A stretch of DNA of 64,000 nt from Cycas panzhihuaensis (GCA_023213395.1 CM041465.1:171437741-171501740); one strand, 5' to 3'; shown: positions 45,030 to 58,992, counted from the stretch's first letter. A program made the numbers and translations. Notes: generated from the sequence alone by a model not told the origin.

Positions 45030-45916
45030 GGAATTGATTAACTCAACATCCATATTACCCTTCAAATACACATATAAGCATTATTAAAAAGTTGGGATTT
45101 AAACACACAAGAGAAATATGTAATACAAAATACAATATTTAGATGATTTGATAATTATATTTAATATGAGAATGTACATATATATAGAGATGTATACCTC
45201 ATCTAAGACTAGTGGAAAATAATGATAAAGTAGATGAAAATTTATGACCTTTAATCATATGTGTTAAGAGTATTCACTTATTCAATTACTTATAAGAAAT
45301 ATTTTTATGTACTTAAGAGAAATCATGCAAATTCATGTACAACAATTTAGAGTGCACAATAACACATCACCAAGTGATTACAATGACCACTCACATAATC
45401 CATGTATTAAGCATTATCTTCAACACTCTCATATAATATTTCATTCATTATGGTTTGTTAAATATATTTTTCAACCTTGCTAAACAAGTGTGCGATTAGT
45501 TCAACTATGCTTCTATTTGCACTTCCTATATTTCTTCTTCAATTCTAATTTTGATCATCTAAGTTTGGGCTCCTTAAGCTCTAATTATATTTCTAGCCTT
45601 CAAGCTTGAGTTGTTGATGTCTATATAATGAAATAAAACTATCTACCAAAATATGTATATAAGCAGCCATTGTAACTACCTATTTTCTAGGAAGATTTTT
45701 GCATATATGGTTCATCAATATCTATAGAAGTTACATATAGAATATTTATCAATAATCTTTCAATGTGTCCATACTTTTCATAATATATTTTATGACTAAG
45801 TTGAACTATCTAACTAAATAAATACAAATCCAAATTGCTTGTTGTACATGAATAACTGAAATTACTTAACTAAACAATATTCAAGCATCCTTGTGGATGA
45901 TTGATAAAGCATAAAT
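45030..45916 (-). mobile_element. Old Ty1/copia pol remnant (left part, split by the younger copia insertion)
   Basis: Homologous (roughly 70-80%) to 30500-31340 and 1-470. Appears to continue after 53498. Confidence 0.5.
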
Positions 45917-46225
45917 TGAAAGAGGTTAATGCATCAAGGTCATTTATGTAGATTAATTATATGACCTTAGGATATATTATTAACATTAGTCTTTTAATGA
46001 AATGTACTTTATGTACATTTAGATGTAATTTCGGGTTCATGTCATTAGGCGGGAAAATCCTAATCTTAGTGCTCACCCTTAATAATAAAAGGCAAAATCT
46101 CAAAGAGGGAGTCATTATTCATTCTCACCTCCAAGCTTGCTCTCATATCTTGTTTCATCTCTTTCATTCTCCATTGCCATTGTGTGCATGTAAGTGATTT
46201 ATTTCCTAGATCCATCATTCCTTCA
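45917..46225 (+). repeat. 5' LTR of the copia element
   Basis: tgaaagagg...ccttca, followed by the PBS. Confidence 0.96.
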
Positions 46226-48149
46226 TGTGGTATTAGAGCTAGAAGGGGATCCATTCACTGCATTCCACATGCATGGAGTCATTTTACCTCTCCTTCACCT
46301 TTAATGTGAAGTATTGAGAGTGCATTCATCATTTTTTAAACATTTTGAGAGCTTCAAATTATAGTACTTTGTATGTTGCTGCTTTCTATATGTGTGTAGA
46401 AATTTAGAGGTGAAGAATACATGTTTTTTAATCCATTTAGCTGCTGAAACAGTCCCGAAAGCATTAAAGGCCCAAAATTTTATTAAAAAATTGACCATAT
46501 CAAAATTTGATGAATTTTGGCATGCAAGGTCACCTTGACTAGAGGATCATTTTTATCTTCTAGAGAAACTTCAAATTCAGACTGTAATAGCGAGTTTTGG
46601 CTAGGACAAAAAGGTGAAATTTGTGGATAAGTGATTTAAGGCACTTTTTCCAATGAAATCCTTTAATTATTAGCTAAAAATTTAAAAATTTTATTAAAAA
46701 ATCTGGTAGATTTATGTCTTAGGATTAGTTTAAGATAAATCTTATCAAATTTCATCCACTAGTTAGTGAGATCTATGCAGTTTTCTCCCGGTTGTTGATT
46801 TTGCCTACTCAACTCCATAAAGGATATTGCAAGGGCATTTCGGGCAGCGTTTTGGCAGATTTTGGAGATGGTGCAGAAGGGAAAGTTAATGCACGTGTCA
46901 AAACATAACTTTTTACATATTGAAGTTTAGATTCTGAGATAGTGGATCTGACAGGATTTTGCTTCTATGTTTTTTCAGGTAGAAATATTTTTTGTCCTTT
47001 TTCAGAAATTTGACTTCATAACTTTATTAGAAACAACATTTTGAACACTTTTTTCTTCTGTCATAAATTCAGATTTCATCCTTTAGGCCTTCATATTTAT
47101 AATTTTTAAAAATTATACCCATTTATCATTATTTGTAACTTTTGTGAAAAAATCACAAAATAGGGCAAAATAGCATGCATATAGATTTAGAAAAATCAAT
47201 ATTTTAGCAGAAAATTGATCTATTTTTTAGCCCATTATGGCTTTTGTATCAAAACTTCTAAAAACATATTTGGAAACATTGTATTAAAGCAAAGCAAACC
47301 TTGGATCAGAAGCAACATGTATTTTCCTTGTTAAATCTAGCATGCTTTTTCTATTTACACACATAGCATAAAGCATCACATAAAGTAGCAACAACAACAA
47401 AGCAAGCAAAAAAAATAAGCAAGCACATTTTGTAACTTTCCATTTCAGTTTTCAATTATACAAAAATATCTTATACTATTCCTAAAAAGAATCTCATCCG
47501 TACGATCTATACTGCCAATTCTTGACTTGTGCACACACTTACCTTAGTTGAAATAGACCAAGGTTGGCCGAAGTCTAGGCCCTAAGGGAGGTGTGAGTTT
47601 CATATTGGGTCTAGTCTTAACCGGAATAGTGGTGGAAAGATAGGTTAGCCATACCTATGGCCTACAGTCAAAGATAATCTTGATAACCACCCAGGAAAAT
47701 TGAAAAGTTTAATGCAAGAATAAAATTAACCCGGTCCAATATCCATCATAGCCGTGAGATATGTAGTACCATTTGACTCTTTGGAGGAGGTATATAGTTG
47801 CTCATTGGTGAATTGGACGAGGACTCGGAGTACCTGGGCTCCACTGTGACTTGGATTTCATCACCAAGTACAGGTGCAGGTATCGCGGGTGAAGGCCCTA
47901 ATCATATACTAGAAGCCTTAGGCATCAAAACCTCACCTACATATGGACATAAGTGAGAGGTTAGTGGTATGACACATCACCACTCTTTACCATCTCTACA
48001 TTAGGCCCCATTCTTGCATCATTGCTTATAGTTATTTTTCATAGTTGTTGAAAAATACTTAATTATTGCTTGCTTTTCATCATAGAATTCATTCCACACG
48101 TGTGAGTGGCACATACTTCTATCATCTCTTCTACTTCTTCATCATCACC

Positions 48150-51100
48150 ATGTCATCTCAATTCAAGCATAATGTTAACTGTATATTGAAAGGCAAAGAA
48201 AATTGGGATCTATGGTACATTGGAGTTAAAAATGCTGCTAAGTACGAAGGCCTTTGGAGAGTCCATTTATAGCCTACACCCAGCATACCAGTAATATCTA
48301 CAACATCTGCTTCTAGTGGATCCACCCCAACAGCTCCTACAAATGTTGCAGCCAAATTACAATGGGAGATAGATGATGAAAAGATTCGTGCAGGAATTAT
48401 ATTGGTCACTTATCACTCATTGCACAACTTGATTAAAGAAGAGCAACATGATACAGCTTGGAAGGTCCTTGAAGTTCTCAAGAAGAATTTTGATACCAAA
48501 TCAGATTTAGAATTTATTCATCTTGTTCTAAAAATGAACAAATTAAAAATGTGGAATTGACGGGCTCATGAGACAATAAAGCTCCTTCGACCAATCAAAT
48601 AAGCAATTGATAAAGATTTTAAGACCCAATGCATCACTTGGTCGTTTTTGATCTAGTTATGTCTACATGTTCCTGATTATAAAAACTTGCTTGGAAGCCT
48701 TCAATCTAGTGGAACATTAAAAATACTCAACTTTGAAGCACTTGCTAATAAGTTCATTGAATTTGACAAGACCTTTGATATAAATTTTGTAGCCTCTGAC
48801 TCTCTTCCAGATGCAGCCTTTGAGGTAGAAGAAGAAGTTTGCTACACACGAAATCAAGGTCCTTCTCGTAGCAGAGGAAATAAGTGACCAAGAGGAAAAG
48901 GAAGAAACATAAGAAATCATCCACAAGGTTAATCAAACCCTCAGTCACAGCCTCAACAGTCTCAAGGCCAAGGGCCACCTCAACAAAGAGCAAGATAATC
49001 AGGCCATACTAGTACCTCTTCAGGGACTGGTAATCAAACTATTATGTGTGATCGATGTAACCATAAAGGACATTTAGCAAAAGACTGCAGAACCACCACT
49101 TATAAGTTGATCAAGTTCTAACCAAAATATGGAGCTCACAATGTTGAAGAAACTTGTGAAGAATCGTTTAGTCGTGCAGGTATTGTACAAGCACACGTTC
49201 AAAGAATTGAGGGATCTTTAGCATCAAATTCCATTGACCAACCAAAGAGATACTTTGAAGCTCGATATAGATACATCACTTATGAATTCCCTTCTCCAAT
49301 GCCAAGCCCTATTGGAATTTCCAATAGTGTGGCTTCAATCGAAGGACAGTAGATTATGGACACATGAGCAACTCAACATATGATGTGCAATCGCAGTCTA
49401 TATAAGACATTTGACTAAAATATTCAAGGAGTTGTTCACATGGTTGATAAATCACAACAACCTGTTGAATGAATTGGTAACATTTGCCTGCGACTCTTAG
49501 GCTTAGAAGATTTTACATTGTTTGATGTCTTATACATACCCAATCTCAAACAAAACCTACTCTTCTTATCCACACTTCTCTCTCTTGGATTTGATCTGAG
49601 TGTAACTATAAATGACCAGACTCTCCAGGTCATTTACCCTCCAACTAATCAAGTGGTTTTGACTAGACATCTCTTTGGCAAACTCTTTCGATTGAATGAC
49701 TCTCCATCTTCTGAAGCCCATTATGCCCAAAGCCCTTATGCTGATGAAGAATTTACATTTAATTCCATCTTGACCCATCCAACATTATCACCAGAAGCTC
49801 TTTGGCATGCTTGCATGGGCCATGTTCACATTGATAGACTTAGAGATATTTTAAACACTCTTCCAAATCTTCCAAAGTTCTCCTCTAAGCCCTTTAAATG
49901 TGAAGCTCGTATCATTGCCAAAACTCATCGACAACCCTTTCCCAAAAGTCAGTAAAATCAAGCCATCCATTACAATTGGTACACTCTAATTTGTCTAAAC
50001 TAATGCCTATTCCTTCACTGAAGGAAAAATTATATTATATCTCTTTCATTGATAATTTCACTAGAAAAGTATGGGTAGCTTTTCTACACAAGAAAGATGA
50101 AGCCTTCCGTATATTCAAAGAATTCAAAGCCCTCACTAAAAAAGAGTCAGGTTATCAACTCAAATGTCTTCAAACTGATAATGGTGGCGAATATACCTCA
50201 CATGAGTTTAAAAGCTACCTTCGAGATAATGGCATCAAGCATTAAACAACAGTAGCAGGTACCCTACAACAAAATGGAGTTGTTGAGCGCATGAATAGGA
50301 CAGTCATAAACATGGCTTGAGCTATGTTGATATACAAAAATGTACCTGCCTACCTATGGGTTGAAGCTATCTTGACAATTGTTTATTGTATCAATGTTGT
50401 TAGCCCATCAAAGGAAGTATAATCACTTAATGAAAAGTGGTCAGGACAAGCCTCCATTGTTCACTACTTTAAAATTTTTGGCTCTATATGCTATGCCTAC
50501 ATTCTGGATGCAGATCAAAATAAACTCTAACCAAGGGCACTTAAAGGCATTTTTATTAGATACCCTATAGATAAGAAAAGGTATAAGGTCTTTATACCTT
50601 CACAACAAAAAATCATTGTTACTAGAGATGTCATTTTTATGGAGACAGAGGATTAATTACTTGAATTGGACTTCAAAGTACCCTCACGCTGCTATAATTA
50701 TGTTATCAAATATGATGTTCAAATTCTAAAATTTAGGGGGGCGGGGGAACAAACATAAATTACTCCAAATATTGGAAGTTGACAATAGAGCCTCAGAGGA
50801 TACAAGTTGTGACTCTGAACTGATGAGTGCATATCCAGCACCATCTTTTGAAGATAACAGAGTTAACAAAGTCAAATGTATTATAGAAGAACCATACTCT
50901 CCACCTTCAGTCGACGAAGGCAAAACAGTGGTAGAAGGACCATCTTTCTCAGGCACATCAACATTCTCCTCACAAAATAATCATTTTAATAAATAAGATT
51001 AGAACTAAGAAGTTAAGGAAATAAAAACTTCATTCCCAAATTGAGGATCTCGAGAAGCCCGCCAACTCAATAAGGACATATGACCAGATGAGGTGGGCAA

Positions 51101-52734
51101 AACTGGCACTCGAAGTGCCCATTGAGCAAGGATGTATAAATCAATATATATTGAGCTCAAACCTGCATAACTACACCTTACTCTTAATGAAGAGCCCTAA
51201 CATACCAAGAAGCTATAAAATATACAGTTTGGAGAAATGTCATGAACGAAGAGTACCAATCTCTTATCAAGAATGGTACATGGGAGCTTGTTGATCTACC
51301 ACTTGGCAGAAAGGTAGTTCAAAATAAATGAGTGTTCAAAAACAAATATACATCAGATGGCACCCTTAAAAAATACAAGGCGAGGTTGGTACCTAAAGGA
51401 TTTACACAAAGGAAAGGCATCGACTACACTGAAGTCTTTGCACCTATAACCAAGTGGCCTACAATTAGAACTCTTATGGCCTTCGTTGCTCAACAGGGTT
51501 GGAAAATCCACTAACTTGATATTAAGACCACGTTTCTCAATAGAGATCTTAAAGAAGAAATTTATATAGCTCAGTGAGAAGGATGTGAGATCAAAGGTCA
51601 AGATCATAAGGTTTGTAGGCTCAGAAAGTCCTTGTATGGCCTTAAACAAGCCCTTCGTGCTTGGTTTACCAAGTTGTTTGAAAGAATGAGGCAACTTGGA
51701 TACGAGCTTTATGACTACCAAGATATTGATGCAACATTGTTTATCAAGTGCCATAAGGATAAAGTCACTTATCTCATAATCTTTATGGATGACATGCTAG
51801 TAATGGGTAATAGTGAATAGGCAATAAGCCAGTTGGAAAAGGACCTTGGCAAAACGTTTGAATTGTCTGACCTTGGTTTGATGAAATATTACTTGGGAAT
51901 TGAAGTAACACAAAAGAATGGAAAAAATTTCCTCTCCCAAGAAAAATACATCAATGATCTTCTAACCAAGTTTTAGTTAGAAGATGCTCGACCAATGGCA
52001 TTACCTATGGACCATAATACCAAACTCTCAATTGATGGTGATACTAGGGAGGCAGACACAACACTCTACAGGAAACTTGTAGGTAGTCTCATCTACACTA
52101 CTAATATAAGACTAGATATTGTACACTTTGTCAACAATCGTACTCGTTACATGACAAATCCTAAAGTGTAATCATCGGGTGTAGTACTGCGAGTGTTGAG
52201 ATACCTTAAGACGACTAGCAAATATGGTCTACTGTATGAACCTAACTCAGACTTCAAACTTTCTACATACATAGATTCAGACTTTGCAAGAGATAAACAT
52301 ACAAGAAGATCTACGTCTAGGTATGTAACATTTCTTGGAACAACACCAATATCATGGAGATCTAGACGACAGAAGATAGTTGCATATTCAACTGCTAAAG
52401 CTGAATACATTGCTATTTCTGAGACTAATAAGGAGGTGATATGGCTTAGAAAATTATTAGAAACATTGAATATCACCCAAACAAGTCTTACTAGCCTTCA
52501 TATGGATAATCAATCAATAATTTGCATGGCAAAAAATCCTATATTTCACAATCCTACCAAACACATAAGTATGAAAGTCCACAAGATTAGAGAACTTGTT
52601 CATGACGGCATAATTCAACCGGATACTACCCCACAGTGGATCAAGTGGCTGGTATCTTCACCAAACCATTGCGAAAGTTGAAGTTTGAATAGTTCCATAG
52701 ATAGCTCGGCCTTAGGGCCTCCATCTTCGATTGA
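48150..52734 (+). pseudogene. Copia gag-pol polyprotein pseudogene
   Basis: MSSQFK..LKGKENWDLW, zinc knuckle CDRCNHKGHLAKDC (49047), PR (W)IMDT.ATQHM (~49350), LWHACMGH, LQTDNGGEY, KARLV.KGFTQ..GIDY, YGLKQA, FMDD, DSDFARD..RRST, AEYIA, DNQS, TKHI. Many in-frame stops and frameshifts. Confidence 0.95.
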
Positions 52735-53182
52735 TCAATGAAGATGGCAATAAGATCATCATACTTTATTCTCTTCGTAAAAACCCCTTGTGGGCACGAA
52801 AAAATAAGAGTAAGTCTCTGCTCTATCCTGTTTGTGAAAACCCCATGTGGGCACGGAAGGATAAGGATTGTACTAGTTTTAAAAAATCAAAACCTGTGAA
52901 AACACAAAAAGGCATAGGGGATGACCAAAAGATATATGGAGACTTAGCAGATTAAGCTACACATTTAAGTTGCTTGGCCATCAGGCTACATCAAAGAGCC
53001 ACCTTAGCCTTTTTTATTTATAAAAGGGGCTATAGATCTTAAAAAGTTCGTGGGTTTTTATTTCTCATGAGGGTTTTTCCACAAAAGTTTCATTTAGAAT
53101 TTTAATGTAATAATGAGGCTTAGATAAAGACCTCATAGAATAGATTTTCTCAAAAATGACCTTCCACCATTAAGGGGGAGAT

Positions 53183-53493
53183 TGAAAGAGGTTAATGTAT
53201 CAAGGTCATTTATGTAGATTAATTATATGACCTTAGGATATATTATTAACATTAGTCTCTTAATGAAATACACTTTATGTATATTTAGATGTAATTTCAA
53301 GTTCATATCATTAGGCAGGAAAATCCTAATCCTAATGCTCACCCTCAATAATAAAAGGCGAAATCTCAAGGAGGGAGTCATTATTCATTCTCACCTCCAA
53401 GTTTGCTCTCATATCTTGTTTTATCTCTTTTTCGTTCTTCATTTCTATTATGTGCATATGAGTGATTTATTCCCTAGATCCATCCTTCCTTCA
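53183..53493 (+). repeat. 3' LTR of the copia element
   Basis: Follows the PPT. About 92% identical to the 5' LTR by manual alignment. Confidence 0.96.
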
Positions 53494-53498
53494 TAAAT

Positions 53499-54250
53499 AT
53501 ACCAAGAGTTTTTGCTAACTTGTTAGAACTCTACAACTACTCATCCCTTCTATTTAAGTATCATATCATATGCATAAATTTCTTACTCCAAAGAGTCAAT
53601 TTTAAAGCATATAGCAAGCTATCATAAATCAAGTTGTCGATCTTAATATTACAAGCATCTAACTTTTTAAATTATTATAGATTATGAACCATCAACAAAA
53701 CTATAATTCACCAAATTTATTAGCAAATAGTTTATGTATTACATCATTTGTTATTATGTTATCTATGTCTTAAATTTAAGCTTTTCTTAGATAGACTCCT
53801 TCACATACCATACATCATAGATTAATCAATGTCCTTTACACGAGTCCTTCTCTAGAAGCATTTTCTTGCTTCTTTAAACCTTATGGACCAACATTATAAG
53901 ATACTTTTGGCTAATTACTAGGCTATGGCATAATTGCTTATTATAATGGTATTATAGAATTGCATCTTATATTATGTCTTTACTAAACAAAATAAGCCAA
54001 TCCAAAATCCATAAGAAAACTACAATGCATCACAAATCTTCATTGTTAACAACCAACCATTACCAAACTACTTTTTCTTATAGTCATTACTTCTTTCTAA
54101 AGTCTTTAATTGTAACTTTATAACATTATCTTAAACACTTTATGTATAGTCTCTTATTGACATTTTACCAAATACTCAATGGACATGTGATAACTTGATG
54201 TGTTTTTCTTGACAAATAACGTATCACCCATAACCAAAATCTAGCTTGAA
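53499..54250 (-). mobile_element. Old Ty1/copia RT remnant (right part of the interrupted host element)
   Basis: Reverse strand gives a degraded RT N-terminus-like sequence. It lies directly beyond the TSD. Confidence 0.4.
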
Positions 54251-55447
54251 ATAATAATTTCTTTCTTGATATGCAAAGCTCTCAAAGACCTTTAAAGTAG
54301 TGAATCCAAATAATTGAAATCATTGTATGTTAATTTTAGGTGCTATGTATACATATAATCATGAGCCTATTAACTAAGTATTCTCATATGGTATTAGATT
54401 TGCCTTTAATATTAATAACAAATAAGAATTCGATCAATTCCTTCACATGAAATTTTTAAACACTTATAACATTTGATATTTAAGGCTATTATAATGTCCA
54501 TACTATTAGTTATACTCATGCAAAGATAATAATTATTAAAACCATTGTGAAAATAGATTAAAAAAAGGACTTTAAAAAGGAAAAAAATTAAATTTTAACA
54601 CTTTTTATTGAGTTTAGCTCCTTAAGATCATATGGCCATGAGCTAAATGGCAATGGGCTAGGCTCCAAATTATATCTAACATGATTAAATTAAATTAATA
54701 TTTAGGAAAAATTAAAATATTTTAAAAATTCTAATCATCTCTATATTCAAAATTTTTGAACTATTATGTGATTTCTATGATATTTTAATATTGTGACCTA
54801 TTTGAATGTGAATTTCTCTACCATTTTCTCCTTTGTATCCTACCCCATTTCTTTAAGGCTTTATAGTAGTCATTCTATATGTTGTTCATAGTTCTTTGTT
54901 TCCAATAGCTTAACTTAGGCTCTATCACAGAACAAGTATAAAGCCATCACTTTTTTCTTATGAAATGTTAGAGAAATGTAGGTTTACCTTTGACCTCAGA
55001 GTTTTATCAGTGTGATTGGGATCACATTAGCCTTCAACATTTACATATATTTTTTATATGACTATCCTTTTTCTTCATTTGGCATATTAGACGTATCATC
55101 TTATCCTATAACTTCCATTGGGCATTATCATCTCTTTATCTCTTACCAACATAAAATAATAATTAAGCCCAGAATTTCACTTTAGTCGCCAAATTCATGG
55201 GCTACTCCAATTCCTAGATAGTTGGCCCTATAACTCATATTTGGTCTGCAATTACTTATGATGTTGGCTATAATATTCCAATCACACCACAACTTGATTT
55301 CTCAACTTTTAGCTTTTAATGGAGCTTTATTGTTCTACCTTCAATGATATCTAAATTTTCATAGGCTTCAACATTTAGTATCCAAAGCTTCTCTTTAACT
55401 CATGGCTCTCACCACTATTAGAATTTATAATTGCAACTCTGATACCA

Positions 55448-55919
55448 TATTAGATTTTAGAGTATAACATAGTGGAATATATCATGTATATATAATGATT
55501 GAATTATTATGAGGATATATATACATATAGAGAATAAACATGTACTAAAATAGGAACATATATTAATAAGTATTATGAGCATTCACCTCAAGAGAGATAA
55601 TAGATTTATACATGCAAAACCCAATATGGGAAAAACCATAGGAGAAGGTGGAGTTGGGAGCTCCTCTTTATGATCAAAGTGAATACATCTTCAAGTCATA
55701 GACCTTTCTCTTAAGTTCTGAAGTGATCTATGTACATATTTATATCAATATTTGCTTCATGAGTAGCTTATAGTTTCTATTGAGTTGTTACATCATCTAA
55801 TAGCATGTTTACATAGATATGTATGTATGTCACATATCTATATGATTGGTAGGATTATGTATGTGTCCACTATTATAATATTAAACATTACATATTTGAT
55901 AATGTCACATATTCTAACA
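55448..55919 (-). mobile_element. Copia-type LTR flanked by a PBS on one side and a PPT on the other
   Basis: Termini tattaga...tctaaca. Reverse PBS tggtatcagag at 55437-55447. Reverse PPT ttaagagggaa at 55920-55930. Internal motif atgcaaaacccaatatgggaaaaacca. Confidence 0.75.
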
Positions 55920-57851
55920 TTCCCTCTTAATGTTTAATGTCTTCAAGTCTTCATATCTTCATGTTTTCAATTTATCGGATCATGTAACATGTATAATAAT
56001 TTCTATTTGTATTATCACATGTGACTTATAATTATTATATCATCCATCATCTATAAATCTATCAACTACTATGTTTGTCTCTTGCAAACATTAATCGATA
56101 AAAAATAAGGATATACCTATAAAACTTGTATGTAGTCATTTGTGATCAGTAGTGACCAACTATAAATATCCAGCTTATAAATATCAACCAATCATCATCA
56201 TCATCAACATCATCAACTAATATACGAAGTTTTTTCCTCAACATCTTTATATCTTCATGTATAAAATTACTATCAAACATCTATTAACCAATCATCATAA
56301 TAATCTCAATAAATAAATTGATTACTGGGTCCATATAAAATAATAACCATATACTGAAATACATGGGTAATTAGAATTTGTCATCACTAGTTCTCTAGGT
56401 AATTATTTTAAATATATAATTCATCAAGTTTTAAAATGCTATAAGAGTAACAGAATTTTAACTCTCGTGTACGAGTTAAAACAACATAATCTACTATGTT
56501 GTATAAGAGTAGCTTATGCAACCTTTATTTACTTATTGTAAACAAGATTTCTTTATGTGCTTCTTCACTTGAACATTTCTATAGCTTTCTTTTAGCAACT
56601 ATTAATCACCCATCATCAAACAACCATCCAAAACATACTAACTCTAAGAATAAACCAAATTACATGGCTAAGACAAGTTAGACGTAACAAGGTAACATAA
56701 TCAATGTGTTTCTATGTCTCTTGTCATATATGGCCAGTTGTATTTCTCACTTATAAATACTTTCTTCTATTAGTTGGAAAACTTTAATAACTAATTATTA
56801 GTTGGATAATATTAATAACTAATAGTTATGCTAATTATATAATCATATGAGAATTTTCTCCTTGTCTTATAAATAGGTGGAATTCTCTTAATCAACTCCT
56901 TATCTTACCATCAATAATCAAACTACCCCTTTTTCAAATCAAGTGGTGTTATTAATCACTAAACATGTGTCCATCAATCATTAAGCATTTAAAAGATTGT
57001 TTAAACTAGGTGATATATTCATTTATTTAGTGTTGTGTACTTACACTAAACGAAATCTGTAAATTTTAAGGGGAATTTATATGTTCAACATATTAATAAA
57101 GTTCTATATTAACAACTCAATAAACATATCCCACTCTATATATATTTTAATTTGTTATGAGCCCTCAAGTATCATAAATGAGCCTTGAATTATTCACTTT
57201 TAAATAAAACTTCCTTTTCCTTCATCATAAAAAACTATATAATCATCATATCGGGAGCCTTTGAAAACATTAGAATATCTAAAAATTTTTCTTAAAAGAT
57301 TTATAAAATGCATATTTTATAAGGTTTAAAGAACTTTATTAAACTTTATCTTTTAATATCTCTATCATCTACTGTTTAAAATACGTTGTGTGACCACTCA
57401 TTTTGAATGTCTCAAAGTCTTATTTTCAATATAACTAACGATGTTTGATTTTGATATTCTAGTGAAAAGTTATGGTAAAAAATACACCACTATGTCTCAA
57501 AATTTATACGATCCTTAAGAAAATTGAATTTCAATTTTTAAAATAAATTCAATTTAATTTACAATTTTAAAATTTATAGGAAAGATTAAATTTAATTTAT
57601 TTAGATTTGAAGTTTGCCTCTTTCATGAATAAGTCCTTAGTCACATAACTCCTCTATATGACCACGTATTAACTCACTAAGGGGTTGCAAACTTTAAAAA
57701 ATTATTAAAAATAATTAAATCAAAAAAATTATATATAATTCTTTTTATGCTTTAAAAAGGAATTAGTGCAAAAACTTTGTCTACGTTGATCAATCTATAT
57801 GAATGGTTGGAAGTATCATCTCCCTGAATCTTTATTAGATCTCTTTCTTAA

Positions 57852-58076
57852 CTCAAACTCCTTGACCTTTATCAGATGGTTATGATCCAACTTGTTGATT
57901 GTACTATCCATGGCCTTCTCGACCTTCTCTTTATCCACTAGACCTAACTTTCTAACGATTATCTTATCTTAGGTAGTGTTGCTCATATTGTAGGCATAAT
58001 TCTTAAGTGAATTCTTAGCATCGACATTCTTCTTAACCAATTTGTCCTTAGGCTTATACCTCTCAATGTCCTGTAT
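57852..58076 (-). pseudogene. HSP70: Cytosolic HSP70 C-terminal (lid subdomain) gene fragment
   Basis: Manual reverse translation [74 protein letters not shown] aligns with the plant HSP70 consensus [40 protein letters not shown]..KL...DK.KIE.A....I.WLD.NQLAE.DEFE. Confidence 0.9.
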
Positions 58077-58992
58077 TGTCTGGTTTTCTCCATTCATATT
58101 TTTCATATAAATTTCTAGCATGTTTTCTATAACTATTTTGGCAGATTCTTTGTTGGCGTGGGTGTGGGTGACCCCTGTTGGACCATTATTTCTTCATCTT
58201 CATTTAGCATTTAATTTGTTTAATTGCTAAGAAAATCCTCTGGATTCGTTCATAGTGGGGCACTAGTATGTTTCGTGCTTATTCTGCACTTCTACTACAT
58301 GGGTATTATATTAGCCAAAAGGACTGTCACTTGTTGTGGAATAAAATCATAAGATAAATAACTTGTTTCTTTCTCTTCATGCATGATTCATATCATATCC
58401 ATGGTAGTTTATATATATTTCCATAGAGGTGGCCTTCTCAGTTGGTTGTTATTTTCTATTACTTGTCTATGATTTGTGTTTGATGGAAGGTTATTTTACA
58501 TGGACACAAATAAATTTACTAGATCAACACATAATTGATGGGTGAAGACCTTAATAATATAGCAATTATAAACTATAGATTTTCCATGGATATAGACTAG
58601 TTTTAATGGTGTAAAGATGGTTGATTAGATATAAATAAAAAACATGGTAGGGTTTATAACTTCGTATGAACATATCATACCATGAACAATAGATGGTGAA
58701 TAAATCTCTTCAAATGCATGGGGTTGTTTATGGCCTTATATTTTTATTTTAAATGTCATAATAAAATCATAACATTTATTCAACTGCTACAGTATGCCCT
58801 TAAACAATAACACCATCATAATATAACCATTCAAGTATTAAAACCCTTATAATTTACCCTTATATATGTGATTTTCATCACTCGCCTACATAACTAAATT
58901 AAATGCATACACCATCTAGTCAATATGCTACATACCTTCTTACTTCACATTATTATACCACATACATTTTTATTGTTAAATATGCCATAAAC

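Larger units (their letters stand above)
45917..53493 (+). mobile_element. Full-length degenerate Ty1/copia LTR retrotransposon (~7.6 kb) with a 5-bp TSD
   Basis: LTRs at 45917-46225 and 53183-53493 (TG...CA). TSD TAAAT at 45912-45916 and 53494-53498. PBS tggtattagagc at 46228. PPT aagggggag at 53172-53180. Domain order gag-PR-INT-RT-RH. Confidence 0.97.

Noticed and set aside
45961-46197. Duplicated ORF MTLGYIINISLL (also 53227)
   Set aside because: Lies within the LTRs. Its conservation reflects LTR identity.
52731-52955. Possible env-like extra ORF after pol
   Set aside because: Short, TTG start, no TM segment, and not open in the sister copy.
58095-58135. HSE-like and TATA-like sequence upstream of the HSP70 fragment
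   Set aside because: Too degenerate to distinguish from AT-rich background.
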